The position numbers were made by a program, and so were the translations under genes. This document shows, piece by piece, positions 1 to 8,454 of a stretch of DNA of 13,248 bases (its first letter is position 1; every line of letters begins with the position of its first letter). The DNA is from Anaeromyxobacteraceae bacterium (GTDB taxonomy: Bacteria > Myxococcota > Myxococcia > Myxococcales > Anaeromyxobacteraceae). Location of the stretch: positions 1 through 13,248 of the forward strand of contig JBGQLS010000143.1 of assembly GCA_041500205.1 (NCBI GenBank), read 5' to 3'. The notes under the pieces were generated by a model, which was given only the letters and a program-made list of their open reading frames with translations, ran no database searches and had not been told where the DNA came from.

Positions 1-851
1 CCGACCGCGAAGGCGACGGCGCCCACGCGCGACGCCACCCCGGCGTGGACGTTCCCCACGTAGCCGAAGTTGCGCCGGAAGACCCAGTCGACGAGCTCGG
101 GCAGGTGGCCCAGCGCCGCATAGAGCCCGAGGGTCGTGGCCCAGGGCACGGCGAAGCCGGCGCCGAGCAGCGCGAGCCTGGTGAGGGCGCGCGCGTCTCG
201 ACGGCTGAAGCCGGTCCATGCCACCGCGGCCCCGAGCGCCGGCAGGAGGACGGCGGCCTGGTGCTTGAACAGCGTCGCGCCGCCGATGGCGAGCCCCGCG
301 GCGAGGTCCCACCCTGTCGCGCGCGACCGATGGGCGCGAGCGAAGGCGTAGAGCGCCGCCGCGACCGGCAGGTTCATGAACGTCTCGCTGCTCGCCCAGG
401 GCAGCTCGCACAGCGACGCGATGAGAGTGACCCAGGCCGCGGCCACACCGACGCGGTCGTCGTCCGTCCACAGCCGCGCCGCGGCCCGCACCAGGAAGAC
501 GGTCCCGAGCAGGAACGAGGCGGCGAGGACGCGGGCGGGGAGGACGGAGCTCCCGAAGAAGCTCGCGGCCCAGAACACGACGTACGTGAGCGGCGGCTTG
601 ATGTCGACCGCTCCGACGTAGGGCAGCGCGCCCGTTCGCATCATCCGCGCGATGAGGACGAAGTCGCACTCGTCGATGTTGATGATGGCGCCGTGAAAGC
701 TCGGGAGCCGCGTCAGGAGCACCCCCGCGGCGAGCCACAGTCCGGCGCGAGGTCCGAGCAGCGCGGCCGCGAAGGGAGCGGGCCTGGGCGCCCCCTCCCG
801 CTCACGGTTAGTGACGGCGACGGCCCCACGAGGTGGCGACGTGACGGGCAT
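1..851 (-). CDS. GT-C family (GT39/GT83, ArnT/PMT-like) membrane glycosyltransferase. The N-terminal part is in the window and the 3' end lies beyond the window start, which is why it is absent from the ORF track.
   Basis: Manual reverse-complement translation from ATG (complement of 849-851) gives MPVTSPPRGAVAVTNREREGAPRPAPFAAALLGPRAGLWLAAGVLLTRLPSFHGAIINIDECDFVLIARMMRTGALPYVGAVDIKPPLTYVVFWAASFFG... This is a polytopic membrane protein with the conserved DE motif in the first periplasmic loop, typical of ArnT/PMT_2 glycosyltransferases. It has no stop codon before position 1. It is divergently paired with an ArnC-like GT2 gene, which is the classic arrangement. No obvious SD sequence upstream, so the start is uncertain. 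Confidence 0.65.
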   Translation of the reverse strand, partial: MPVTSPPRGAVAVTNREREGAPRPAPFAAALLGPRAGLWLAAGVLLTRLPSFHGAIINIDECDFVLIARMMRTGALPYVGAVDIKPPLTYVVFWAASFFGSSVLPARVLAASFLLGTVFLVRAAARLWTDDDRVGVAAAWVTLIASLCELPWASSETFMNLPVAAALYAFARAHRSRATGWDLAAGLAIGGATLFKHQAAVLLPALGAAVAWTGFSRRDARALTRLALLGAGFAVPWATTLGLYAALGHLPELVDWVFRRNFGYVGNVHAGVASRVGAVAFAV

Positions 852-1129
852 CGGGCGCGTATGGAAGCACAAGGCTAGGCGCCGTGCCAGGTCGGCCCCC
901 CTCGTTCGGGCACGGCCCGCGCCGGAAAGGTCGTCGCCGCGCGATCGGGACGACGCGCCCGTGCACCCGGTCCTGCGGAGGTGGCGCGAAAGGGCCGTGC
1001 TATAAGCCCGCCGATGCGGCCGCGCCCTCCCTCGCCCGGCATTTCCACACCGTCGATCCCGTTCGCTTCCTTGCCCACGTCGCCACCAGCCAGTCACGCT
1101 GGTGGCCATCCCTGACCGGCTACGACGAC

Positions 1130-2095
1130 ATGCTCATCGCCCGTGACCGCCCCAAGCTCCTGTCGATCGTCATCCCCATGTACAACGAGGAGGAGGTCTT
1201 CCCGCTCCTCAAGAGGGAGCTGATCGCGCGCGAAGCGCTCTTCGGCTGCCCGGTGGAGATCATCCTCGTCGACGACGGCAGCACGGACGCCACGTACCGG
1301 CTCGTGTACCAGTGGGCGCTCGAGGACTCCTCGGTGAAGACGATCGCGCTCTCGCGCAACTTCGGCCACCAGACCGCCATCAGCGCGGGCATGGACGCCT
1401 CGAGCGGCGATGCGGTGGTGATCATGGACGCCGACCTGCAGGACCCTCCGTCGCAGATACCCGACATGATCGCTGGCTACTGCGAAGGCTACGACGTGGT
1501 GTACGGGCAGCGTGCCGAGCGGGAGGGCGAGACCTGGTTCAAGCGCGCCAGCGCGAGCCTCTTCTACAAGCTGATGCGCCGCTTCGTGGACGAGAGGTTG
1601 CCCGCCAACACCGGAGACTTCCGGCTGGTCAGCCGCCGGGTGATCGAAGACCTGCGCCGGATCCGAGAGCACGACCGCTTCGTTCGCGGACTGGTGGCGT
1701 GGGTCGGCTACCCGCAGAAGGCGTTGCCGTACGTGCGCCCGGCCCGTGCCGCCGGCAAGACGAAGTACCCGCTGGTGAAGATGCTGCGGTTCGCCATGCA
1801 TGCGATCCTGTCGTTCTCCGCGCTGCCGCTCAGGCTCATCGCCTATGCCGGTTTCCTCAGTGTCCTCCTGAGCTTCGTCTACCTCTTGCGCACGCTCTAC
1901 CAGTACTTCTTTCACAACGAGGTGCTGGTGGTGGGGTGGGCGTCCCTGTCGGTGTTGGTCACCTTCTTCTCGGGCGTGATCCTCATGTCGCTCGGGTTGC
2001 TGGGCCTCTACGTGGCGAAGATCCACGTCGAGGTGCTGGGCCGGCCGATCTACCTCGTCAGGCACTCGACCAATTTCGAGAAGGAGCCGCGCTGA
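1130..2095 (+). CDS. GT2 polyprenyl-phosphate glycosyltransferase (ArnC / GtrB / dolichol-phosphate-mannose-synthase-like)
   Basis: The long ORF 884-2095 is trimmed to the ATG at 1130 (MLIARDRPKLLSIVIPMYNEE...). The region upstream of that ATG is R/P/G-rich junk. Motifs: SIVIPMYNEE, ILVDDGSTD, IMDADLQDPP, and a DxD-type GT-A fold. Two C-terminal TM helices are followed by KIHVEVLGRPIY, which is diagnostic of ArnC/GtrB/DPM1-type enzymes. TGA stop at 2093-2095. Confidence 0.85.
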   Translation: MLIARDRPKLLSIVIPMYNEEEVFPLLKRELIAREALFGCPVEIILVDDGSTDATYRLVYQWALEDSSVKTIALSRNFGHQTAISAGMDASSGDAVVIMDADLQDPPSQIPDMIAGYCEGYDVVYGQRAEREGETWFKRASASLFYKLMRRFVDERLPANTGDFRLVSRRVIEDLRRIREHDRFVRGLVAWVGYPQKALPYVRPARAAGKTKYPLVKMLRFAMHAILSFSALPLRLIAYAGFLSVLLSFVYLLRTLYQYFFHNEVLVVGWASLSVLVTFFSGVILMSLGLLGLYVAKIHVEVLGRPIYLVRHSTNFEKEPR

Positions 2096-2259
2096 CCGCG
2101 CGCGCGGTCGCAGGAGCCTACGCGGCCGCGGAGACCGCGCCTGTGCCTTGCGAGGATGACGATCGGTCCGGCGCACCCGCTCGGGCCAGCTTGATGACGC
2201 GCCGACAGCCGGCGACAGCCGCCAGCGCTCCGAAGACAGCATACGGAGAACTCCAGGCT

Positions 2260-2300
2260 CCCGGCAGAGTTCCGAACCCGGAGTGGGGCGCCGGCAGAGT
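2260..2300. promoter_or_regulatory. Direct repeat CCGGCAGAGTT x2 (2260-2270 and 2290-2300, period 30 bp) 55-95 bp upstream of the TolC-like start. Candidate regulator binding site.
   Basis: Exact 11-bp direct repeat read in the sequence, lying in a 260-bp intergenic region. A function is inferred only from its position. Confidence 0.2.
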
Positions 2301-2355
2301 TGTTGAGCGACCGTCGGCGCTGGACTAGGTTGTCCACTCGCTCGATGGAGCCACC

Positions 2356-3747
2356 TTGCCAGCCGCTCTCGCCCTCCTCTCCCTCGCCCTGGCCGCGCCC
2401 GTCTGCGGGCCGCTCGACGCCGACGCCGCGCTCGCGGTCGCGGCCGGCAACGCGGACGAGATCGCCATCAAGCGGGCGGAGCTCGCTGCCGCCGAGGCTG
2501 ACCTGACCATCGCGCGCGCGGCGCGCTTCTTCCCCGTGGCGACCGCCACGGTGCTGGGCGGACTCGTTCCGGGGGCGCACACGCGCGGCCCGCTGCCGGG
2601 CATTCCCGGCACGGAAATCCTGAACCCCGACACGACGAACCGCAGCTTGAGCGACCTCGGCCCGTTCGTCCGGGTCGACGTCGACGTCGCGCAGCCGATC
2701 TTCACGTGGGGCCGCCTCGACGCCGCGCGCGACGCCGCCACCGCGGGCGTGAAGGCGCGTCAGAGTCTCGTCGCCGACAAGCTGTCGGAGCTGCGCGTGC
2801 GCATCACCCAGCTCTTCTGGGGCGAGACGCTGGCGCGCCGGCTGCTCGCCATCGCCAGCGACGTCGAGAAGAACCTGGCGCAGGTGAATGACAAGCTCGA
2901 CGAGCTCCTCAAGAGCGGCGACGACTCGGTGAAGCAGGCCGATCGCTATCGCTTGGAGGTGTACAAGGGGACGCTCCGCAAGCGGAAGGCGGAGGCGCAG
3001 AAGGGTGTGGATCTCGCCCACGGCGGGCTGGCGGCGACGCTCGGGCTCGCGCCCGCGGCCCTGACGCTGCGCGAGGGGAGCCTCCCCCTCGATCCGGGCG
3101 ACGCCCCGGATGCCGAGCGCGCCCGGGCCGAGGCCGAGCGGCAGCGCCCCGACGTCTCCGCGCTCGACCTCGCCATCGCGGCGCGTGGCGCCGAGGTGCG
3201 CGCCGCCCAGGCGGCCATGAAGCCCCAGTTCTTCCTGGGCGGCACCTTCAGCTACGCGTACGCGCCGAACCGCGACACCCAGCTCAATCCGTGGATTCAC
3301 GACGACTTCAACCACCTCGGGGTCGGCCTCGCGCTCGGCTTCCGGCAGGACCTCGCGTTTCCCCTGCTCGCGGCGCAAGCCAGCAAGGCGAGCGCCGAGG
3401 GCGAGACGCTTCTGCGGCAGCGGGAAGGGCTCGTGCGGCTCGTGGCGCAGCAGGTCGACGCGGCGCTATCGGAGGTCCAGTCGGCGCGCGAGCGCCTCGC
3501 TGCCGCGACGAGCGCGTTCGGGTCGGGCAAGGCGTGGTTCCGCTCCGCCGGGCTCGACTTCGAGGCGGGCGTCGGCGAGCCGAAGGACGTCATCGAGGCC
3601 TATGCTGCGTTCATCGAGCTCCAGGTGGACCAGCAGCAGGCGGCGTACGACCTCCTCGTGGCGCGCGCGAAGCTCGACCAAGCCTCCGGCGTGGTGCCGC
3701 GCGTGGGCTCCGATCCCTGCGCCGCGGCCGCCGCCGGCTTGCACTAG
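2356..3747 (+). CDS. TolC-like outer membrane efflux protein (OEP family outer membrane factor)
   Basis: 463-aa ORF. The mature N-terminus LDADAALAVAAGNADEIAIKRAEL... matches the OEP repeat start (L..Al..AL..NP.L). The protein is alpha-helical and coiled-coil rich with Q/A/L heptads, and the C-terminal repeat ...EVQSARERLAAATSAFGSGKAWFRSAGLDFEAGVGEPKDVIEAYAAFIELQVDQQQAAYDLLVARAKL matches the second TolC repeat. The start is TTG at 2356. It is the only start codon after the in-frame TAG at 2326-2328, and it gives an uncharged signal-like N-terminus, so the start is uncertain. Confidence 0.7.
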   Translation: MPAALALLSLALAAPVCGPLDADAALAVAAGNADEIAIKRAELAAAEADLTIARAARFFPVATATVLGGLVPGAHTRGPLPGIPGTEILNPDTTNRSLSDLGPFVRVDVDVAQPIFTWGRLDAARDAATAGVKARQSLVADKLSELRVRITQLFWGETLARRLLAIASDVEKNLAQVNDKLDELLKSGDDSVKQADRYRLEVYKGTLRKRKAEAQKGVDLAHGGLAATLGLAPAALTLREGSLPLDPGDAPDAERARAEAERQRPDVSALDLAIAARGAEVRAAQAAMKPQFFLGGTFSYAYAPNRDTQLNPWIHDDFNHLGVGLALGFRQDLAFPLLAAQASKASAEGETLLRQREGLVRLVAQQVDAALSEVQSARERLAAATSAFGSGKAWFRSAGLDFEAGVGEPKDVIEAYAAFIELQVDQQQAAYDLLVARAKLDQASGVVPRVGSDPCAAAAAGLH

Positions 3748-3888
3748 TGGTGCGCGCCGAAAGTCTCGAGCCGGTGGCCGCGCCGCGCGCTTGACCGCGC
3801 CCATGCGCCTTGAGAGGGTTGCCCAGAACACCGGTCCCGTCGCCGCGGTGAACGATCCGCGTCGCATCCCTTCGTTGCTCCTCCCTCA

Positions 3889-3905
3889 CATAGCCTGTGG
3901 CTATG
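3889..3905. promoter_or_regulatory. Perfect 7-bp inverted repeat CATAGCC-TGT-GGCTATG in the 433-bp TolC-RND intergenic region
   Basis: Read directly from the sequence. It may be an operator or a small RNA hairpin, but there is no further support. Confidence 0.2.
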
Positions 3906-4180
3906 CTCGGCCGTCGCCGGCCTGCTTGCGTCTCGCTCGCCTGGCTCGGTCCCCGGTATTCTGAACAACCCTGTGAGCTGTCCAGCGAGGTCTTCGATCC
4001 GGAGCACCTGGCTCGAGGGTGAGCCGGATCTGTCGATCGCGACGCCGATCGCGACCTTCCGGGAAGGGCCTGACGCCGTGGAGATCTCCGACGTGGCCGG
4101 CGCCGCGCAGCCTGGGAGCGGGTAGGCGCGGCGCGACGAGCGGCCCACCCCCGTCGCGTGGTATCAAGCGTCCGGCTCTC

Positions 4181-6769
4181 ATGGACGACTTCACGCGCAC
4201 GTCCCTCCAGCGCTTGACGGCCGCGTCGTTGCGCCACCCCTGGCGCTTCCTCGCCGGCGCTGTCGCGATGGCCCTCGCCGCCGGATACCTCGCCTCGCAG
4301 CTCGAGATCCGCTCGAGCTTCGAGGAGCTGTTGCCGACCGACGTCCCGAGCGTGCGGGAGATCAAGACGCTCATCCAGCGCGTGGGCGGCGATGGCACGG
4401 TGTACGTCGTCGTGCAGGCGCTCGAGGGCGGAGGCGGGCTCCCCGCGGCGGAGGCGCTCGCGCGCGAGCTGGCGGACGACTACCGCGCCATGGGCCCCAA
4501 GGTCATCCGGTCCGTCGAGGCGACCGTGACGCCCGTCGAGCGATGGTACGCGGATCACTGGCCGCTCTTCGTCGACCTCGACGACCTGCGCAAGGCGCGC
4601 GACGAGCTCGGCCGAGCCATCGGACAGGCGAAGTCGAGCGCGCTCTTCGACTTGGGGCTCGACGAGGACGAGGGCGAGGGGAAAAAGGCGCTCTCCGAGG
4701 AGGAGCTGCGCAAGATCCCCCTCCTCGACCCCTCCCAACCCTTGCCGCGCGAGCAGGTCGCAAAGAGGTTTGCCCGCTACAAGGACGGCTTCATGGTGGC
4801 CGACGACGGCCGCTCGGTGCTGGTCATCACCCGGCCGGCGGGGACGAGCCTCGCCGTCTCGCAGGCGCGGGCGCTCATCGACGACATGCGCAGGGTGGCG
4901 GACCGCCGCGCGCCCGAGATGCAGGCAAAGCGGCTGCGCGTGGGCTTCGCCGGGAGCTTCCCCGTCTTCGTGGCCGAGTACGAGGCCATCATCAACGACG
5001 TCTTCTCGACCTTCGCGCTGTGCGTCTCGATCATCCTCGCCTCGCTCGTGCTCTTCTACCGGGACGTGCGCTCGACGGCGGCGCTGGGCGCCTCGGTCCT
5101 GACCGCCGTCGCGGTCACCTTCGGGCTCACGCGCCTCGTCATCGGCTACCTCAACACGCAGACGGCGTTCCTCGGCGCGATCGTCATGGGGAACGGCATC
5201 AACTACGGGGTCATCTACCTGGCGCGCGTCGCGCAGCTGCGCCGGCAGGGGACGCCGCTCGAGGCCGCGGTGCAGGAGGGGGCCGCGGTCGCCTGGCGCG
5301 CGACCTTGCTCGCCTCCGTGGCGACCAGCGTCTCCTTCGGCACCCTCATCGTGGCAGCCAACCGCGGCTTCCGCCACTTCGGCTTCATCGGCGGGATCGG
5401 CATGGTGCTGTGCTGGGCCTTCACCTTCGCGCTCGTCCCGGCGCTGCTCGCCGCGATGGAGCGGGTGCGCCCGTACCGCCCGCGCGTCTCGGCGGGCCCG
5501 CCCGGCTGGAACGTCGCCTGGCTCGCGCGCCTGCTGGCGCGGCCGCGGCCCGTGGTCGGGATCTTCGCCGTCCTGACGGTCGTCGCGCTGGCGCTCTTCG
5601 TCCGCTACCTGCCGCGCGCGATGGAGCTCAACCTCGACAACCTCACCAACGACATCAAGGGCAACGACGTCCTGAAGCGCGACCAGACGCTCGCGAACAA
5701 CGCTCTGGGCAAGTCGTCGTCGTCGGTCCTGGCGCTCCTCCCCTCGCGGGACGTCGCCGATCGCTACTGCGACGTCATCCGCCAGCGCCAGAAGGACCCG
5801 CGCTGGAAGGAGCTCATCGACGGCTGCGAGACGGTCTCGAGCGTGTTGCCGCGCTACCAGGAGGAGAAGCTCCAGGTCATCCGCGACATCGCCGGCCGCC
5901 TCTCGCCTGCGGTCCTCTCGCGGCTCCCCGGCGAGCTGGCGCGCCGGGCGAGCGCGATCCGCGCCGACCTCGTCGCGCAGAGCCCCGTCTCGGCCCGCGA
6001 TGCGCCGCCGTCGCTCCTCGACGCCTTCCGCGAGCGCGACGGCACGGTGGGCCGCATCGCCGTGGTGACGGCCAAGTCGTACGCGCACATCGAGCTCGCG
6101 CCCAACCTGCGCGCGTTCGCGGCCGGCGTGCGCGGGATCGAGATCGACGGCGCGATCTACGACGCGACCGGCGAGACGGTGGTCTTCGCCGACCTCCTCT
6201 CCAACATCGAGCGCGAGGGGCCGCTCACCACGGCGCTGTCGTTCCTGTGCGTGTGCCTGCTGGTCCTGATCTCCGTGCGCAACGTCCGCGGCACCGTGCT
6301 CGTGAACGGCACGCTGGCCATGGGCGTCATGCTGATGGCCGGGGTGGCCGCGGTGCTCGACGTGAAGATCAACTTCTTCAACTTCATCGTCTACCCCATC
6401 ACCTTCGGTGTCGCCGTCGACTACGGCGCGAACGTGCTCGCGCGCGTGCGCGCCCGCGGCGCCGTCCTGCCGGCCCTGGCCGAGGTCGGGCCCGCCGTGG
6501 CGCTCTGCTCCTGGACGTCCATCGTGGGGTACGGCTCGTTGCTCTTCTCGCTCAACCGCGCGCTGCGCTCGTTCGGCTGGTACGCCATGGCGGGCGAGGT
6601 CACCACGGTCCTGACGGCGCTCGTGCTCCTGCCGGCCACCATGCTGGCGTTCCCTGGCGCGAGGGGCGGCGCGTCCGCCCTCCCCGTCTCCGGAGAGCCC
6701 CCGGCGCGAGGCGCGCCGCTCCAGCGCGCGGCGGGGAGCGGCAGCCGCGAGGAGGCGCGCCCGCGCTGA
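4181..6769 (+). CDS. RND-superfamily exporter of the MMPL / HpnN-like family (862 aa, two transmembrane bundles)
   Basis: The ORF 4019-6769 is trimmed to the ATG at 4181 (MDDFTRTSLQRLTAASLRHPWRFLAGAVAMALAAGYLASQLEIRSSFEELLP...), which is the canonical MMPL N-terminus. Two 6-TM blocks (about aa 330-470 and 700-860) are separated by large soluble domains, and the sterol-sensing-like segment GAIVMGNGINYGVIYLARV is present. The 825-aa minus-strand ORF 3611-6088 that overlaps it is a low-complexity antisense artefact. Confidence 0.85.
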   Translation: MDDFTRTSLQRLTAASLRHPWRFLAGAVAMALAAGYLASQLEIRSSFEELLPTDVPSVREIKTLIQRVGGDGTVYVVVQALEGGGGLPAAEALARELADDYRAMGPKVIRSVEATVTPVERWYADHWPLFVDLDDLRKARDELGRAIGQAKSSALFDLGLDEDEGEGKKALSEEELRKIPLLDPSQPLPREQVAKRFARYKDGFMVADDGRSVLVITRPAGTSLAVSQARALIDDMRRVADRRAPEMQAKRLRVGFAGSFPVFVAEYEAIINDVFSTFALCVSIILASLVLFYRDVRSTAALGASVLTAVAVTFGLTRLVIGYLNTQTAFLGAIVMGNGINYGVIYLARVAQLRRQGTPLEAAVQEGAAVAWRATLLASVATSVSFGTLIVAANRGFRHFGFIGGIGMVLCWAFTFALVPALLAAMERVRPYRPRVSAGPPGWNVAWLARLLARPRPVVGIFAVLTVVALALFVRYLPRAMELNLDNLTNDIKGNDVLKRDQTLANNALGKSSSSVLALLPSRDVADRYCDVIRQRQKDPRWKELIDGCETVSSVLPRYQEEKLQVIRDIAGRLSPAVLSRLPGELARRASAIRADLVAQSPVSARDAPPSLLDAFRERDGTVGRIAVVTAKSYAHIELAPNLRAFAAGVRGIEIDGAIYDATGETVVFADLLSNIEREGPLTTALSFLCVCLLVLISVRNVRGTVLVNGTLAMGVMLMAGVAAVLDVKINFFNFIVYPITFGVAVDYGANVLARVRARGAVLPALAEVGPAVALCSWTSIVGYGSLLFSLNRALRSFGWYAMAGEVTTVLTALVLLPATMLAFPGARGGASALPVSGEPPARGAPLQRAAGSGSREEARPR

Positions 6770-6801
6770 GCGAAGCGGGCCGCGATCTCGGGGCCCCGTC
6801 T

Positions 6802-6826
6802 CCCTCTCCCTCCGCGAGGGAGAGGG
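6802..6826 (+). terminator. Perfect 11-bp GC-rich hairpin CCCTCTCCCTC-CGC-GAGGGAGAGGG followed by TT, 33 nt after the RND stop and between convergent genes
   Basis: The arms are exact reverse complements (read directly). Only TT follows, which is a weak U-tract as is common in high-GC genomes. A second GC-rich stem, GGGCGGG-N13-CCCGCCC, lies at about 6868-6894. Confidence 0.45.
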
Positions 6827-6922
6827 TTCGGGGTGAGGGAGGCTCGGGGACGGCCGCGCTGGGAGGGCGGGTCGCGCTGCGGGCCCCGCCCCCCCCCTCG
6901 CGATCTCCTCTCGAGCAGCGGA

Positions 6923-8317
6923 TCAGAGCGAGCGCAGGAAGTTCAGCAGGTCCTGCTTCTCACCATTGGCGAGTCGACCGTAGCGAGCGATGACGCCGTT
7001 GGCCTCGCTGCCCTGGCTCGCATGAGCCTGGATGGCCTCCACCAGATTGCTCGTCCGGCCGTCATGGTGGAAGAAGAGCCGCTGCCCGAGGCCCCATAGC
7101 GGCGCGGTGCGGAACTCCCGGGGACCTGCGGCGCCCTGCAGGATGTCGTCCGCGAGCCCCGCCCCCATGTCGTGCAGCAGCAGGTCGGAGTAGAGCTGCG
7201 CCTTCTTGCCGCTGAGGGCTTCGCTCGTCATCTTGCCCGTGGTGAGCGAGGGTGTGTGGCACAAGGCGCAGCCGATCCGCTCGAACTGCGTGCGCCCCTG
7301 GGCGATGGAGCGGGTGTCCGGAGCTGGCGTGGGCGGCGCCAGGAAGCGCATGAAGGCGGCGAACTTGACGATGTCGGGGTGCGTCGCCTGCGTGTCGTTG
7401 GTGAAGGTGCTGCCGTCGTCCTCGATGAGCGGGTTGAACTGGCAGGCTGGGTCTTCCTCGCGCTCCTGGCGGAAGATCTCGTTCGTCACGCCCGTCTCGA
7501 CGTTGTAGGCCTCCCCGGCGAAGAGGAGCAGCGACTTGTTCTGGGCCTTCCAGCCGAAGCGGGTGATGGTCCCGTCGTTGCCGTTGCGGTTCTCGCGACC
7601 GGAGATGCCCAGCTCCGCCTTGGCGGAGCGGTTGGCCGTCTTGTTGGCGAGGATCGCCTGGTCCGGGATGGACTCGATGAGCCCGGTACCGAAGACGGGG
7701 GTGGGGGTCCGGAAGATGAGGTTGCTGTTGCCTCCCTGCCCGGTGAGGGGATCGCCGGCGGGCAGGAAGCTGGGCTGGGCGATGTTGCAGCCGGGGGCGT
7801 CCTTGCGTCCTGTGATGACGAACAGGTTGGTGACGCCGCCGTCGCGCGTCCCGTCGGGCTTGAGCTTGAACCGCGCTTCCCGGATCGGCCCGTTGGCCAC
7901 CACGAACCAGGGGACCTGGTTCTGGGCGCCGTTGAGGCTGGCCACCGCGACCTCCGGGTTCAGCGCGGGGCTCGTCCCGCCGGCAGCAGGCTGGGCGTGG
8001 CAGCCGACGCAGCTGTCCAGGTTGAAGCGAGGGCCGAGCCCCTCGGCCACGCCGTCCGTCTCGTGGAAGGCGCCCATGCCCGTGTCGAAGAAGGCCTGCT
8101 CCTGTGCAGTCAGGCCGGGCAAGGCGCTCCCCGCGCCGGCGGGCCCGCCCCGGACCCCCGGGTCAACAGCGCCGGCGGGGGGGCGGCTTCGCCCGCTCGA
8201 GACGTCCGCTGCCGACGCGGACCCGAGGGGCAAGAGCAGGAGTGACGCGACGAGTGCCCGGGCCGAGAAGCGGGGAGATTGAGGCTGACGCGGCCGACAG
8301 TTACGATGAGTTAACAT
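6923..8317 (-). CDS. Di-heme c-type cytochrome, DUF1111-like (putative thiol oxidoreductase / peroxidase family), secreted
   Basis: Two CxxCH heme motifs (CVGCH and CALCH) lie about 290 aa apart, which fits DUF1111 rather than a classical CcpA/MauG spacing. The signal peptide RFSARALVASLLLLPLGSASA^AD has an AxA cleavage site. The start was chosen at the ATG at 8317 (MLTHRN...) because a strong SD (AGGAG) sits 5 nt upstream. The track ORF extends to 8455 but that N-terminal extension looks non-coding. Stop is TGA (complement of 6923-6925). Confidence 0.7.
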   Translation of the reverse strand: MLTHRNCRPRQPQSPRFSARALVASLLLLPLGSASAADVSSGRSRPPAGAVDPGVRGGPAGAGSALPGLTAQEQAFFDTGMGAFHETDGVAEGLGPRFNLDSCVGCHAQPAAGGTSPALNPEVAVASLNGAQNQVPWFVVANGPIREARFKLKPDGTRDGGVTNLFVITGRKDAPGCNIAQPSFLPAGDPLTGQGGNSNLIFRTPTPVFGTGLIESIPDQAILANKTANRSAKAELGISGRENRNGNDGTITRFGWKAQNKSLLLFAGEAYNVETGVTNEIFRQEREEDPACQFNPLIEDDGSTFTNDTQATHPDIVKFAAFMRFLAPPTPAPDTRSIAQGRTQFERIGCALCHTPSLTTGKMTSEALSGKKAQLYSDLLLHDMGAGLADDILQGAAGPREFRTAPLWGLGQRLFFHHDGRTSNLVEAIQAHASQGSEANGVIARYGRLANGEKQDLLNFLRSL

Positions 8318-8454
8318 GGCTACTCCTGACATGCCTCGGCGCCCGGCGCAGAGGCGACGATAGTTGAGGTGCGAAGTACCGGGCTCGCGGGACAGTGGTG
8401 CAGCACCCCTCCGCGTGACGACTCCCCGTGTGAGGTGCCACCAACAGGCATTCA

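Noticed and set aside
45-878. 277-aa plus-strand ORF at the window start
   Set aside because: P/G/R/E-rich junk. The opposite strand encodes a coherent ArnT-like membrane protein.
1094-2328. Overlapping ORFs 1094-2242 (-), 1120-1467 (-) and 1312-2328 (+) across the GT2 gene
   Set aside because: Low-complexity translations. The GT2 frame has every catalytic motif.
2050-3378. 442-aa minus-strand ORF antisense to the TolC-like gene, plus ORFs 2325-2741 (-) and 3291-3794 (+)
   Set aside because: Arg/Gly-rich antisense or off-frame artefacts.
3611-6088. 825-aa minus-strand ORF antisense to the RND gene
   Set aside because: Its translation is extreme low-complexity R/A/G/D/E-rich, it has no TM or domain pattern, and it fully overlaps a well-supported MMPL gene on the other strand. 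This is the typical antisense open frame of a 73%-GC genome.
4543-6993. 816-aa plus-strand ORF in an alternative frame over the RND gene
   Set aside because: R/G/P-rich translation (RRARPSHRTGE..., GRRRP...). It is the +1 frame of the real RND CDS.
7172-8282. Plus-strand ORFs 7172-8245 and 7536-8282 opposite the cytochrome gene
   Set aside because: G/R/A/E-rich translations, antisense to a gene that has CxxCH motifs and a signal peptide.
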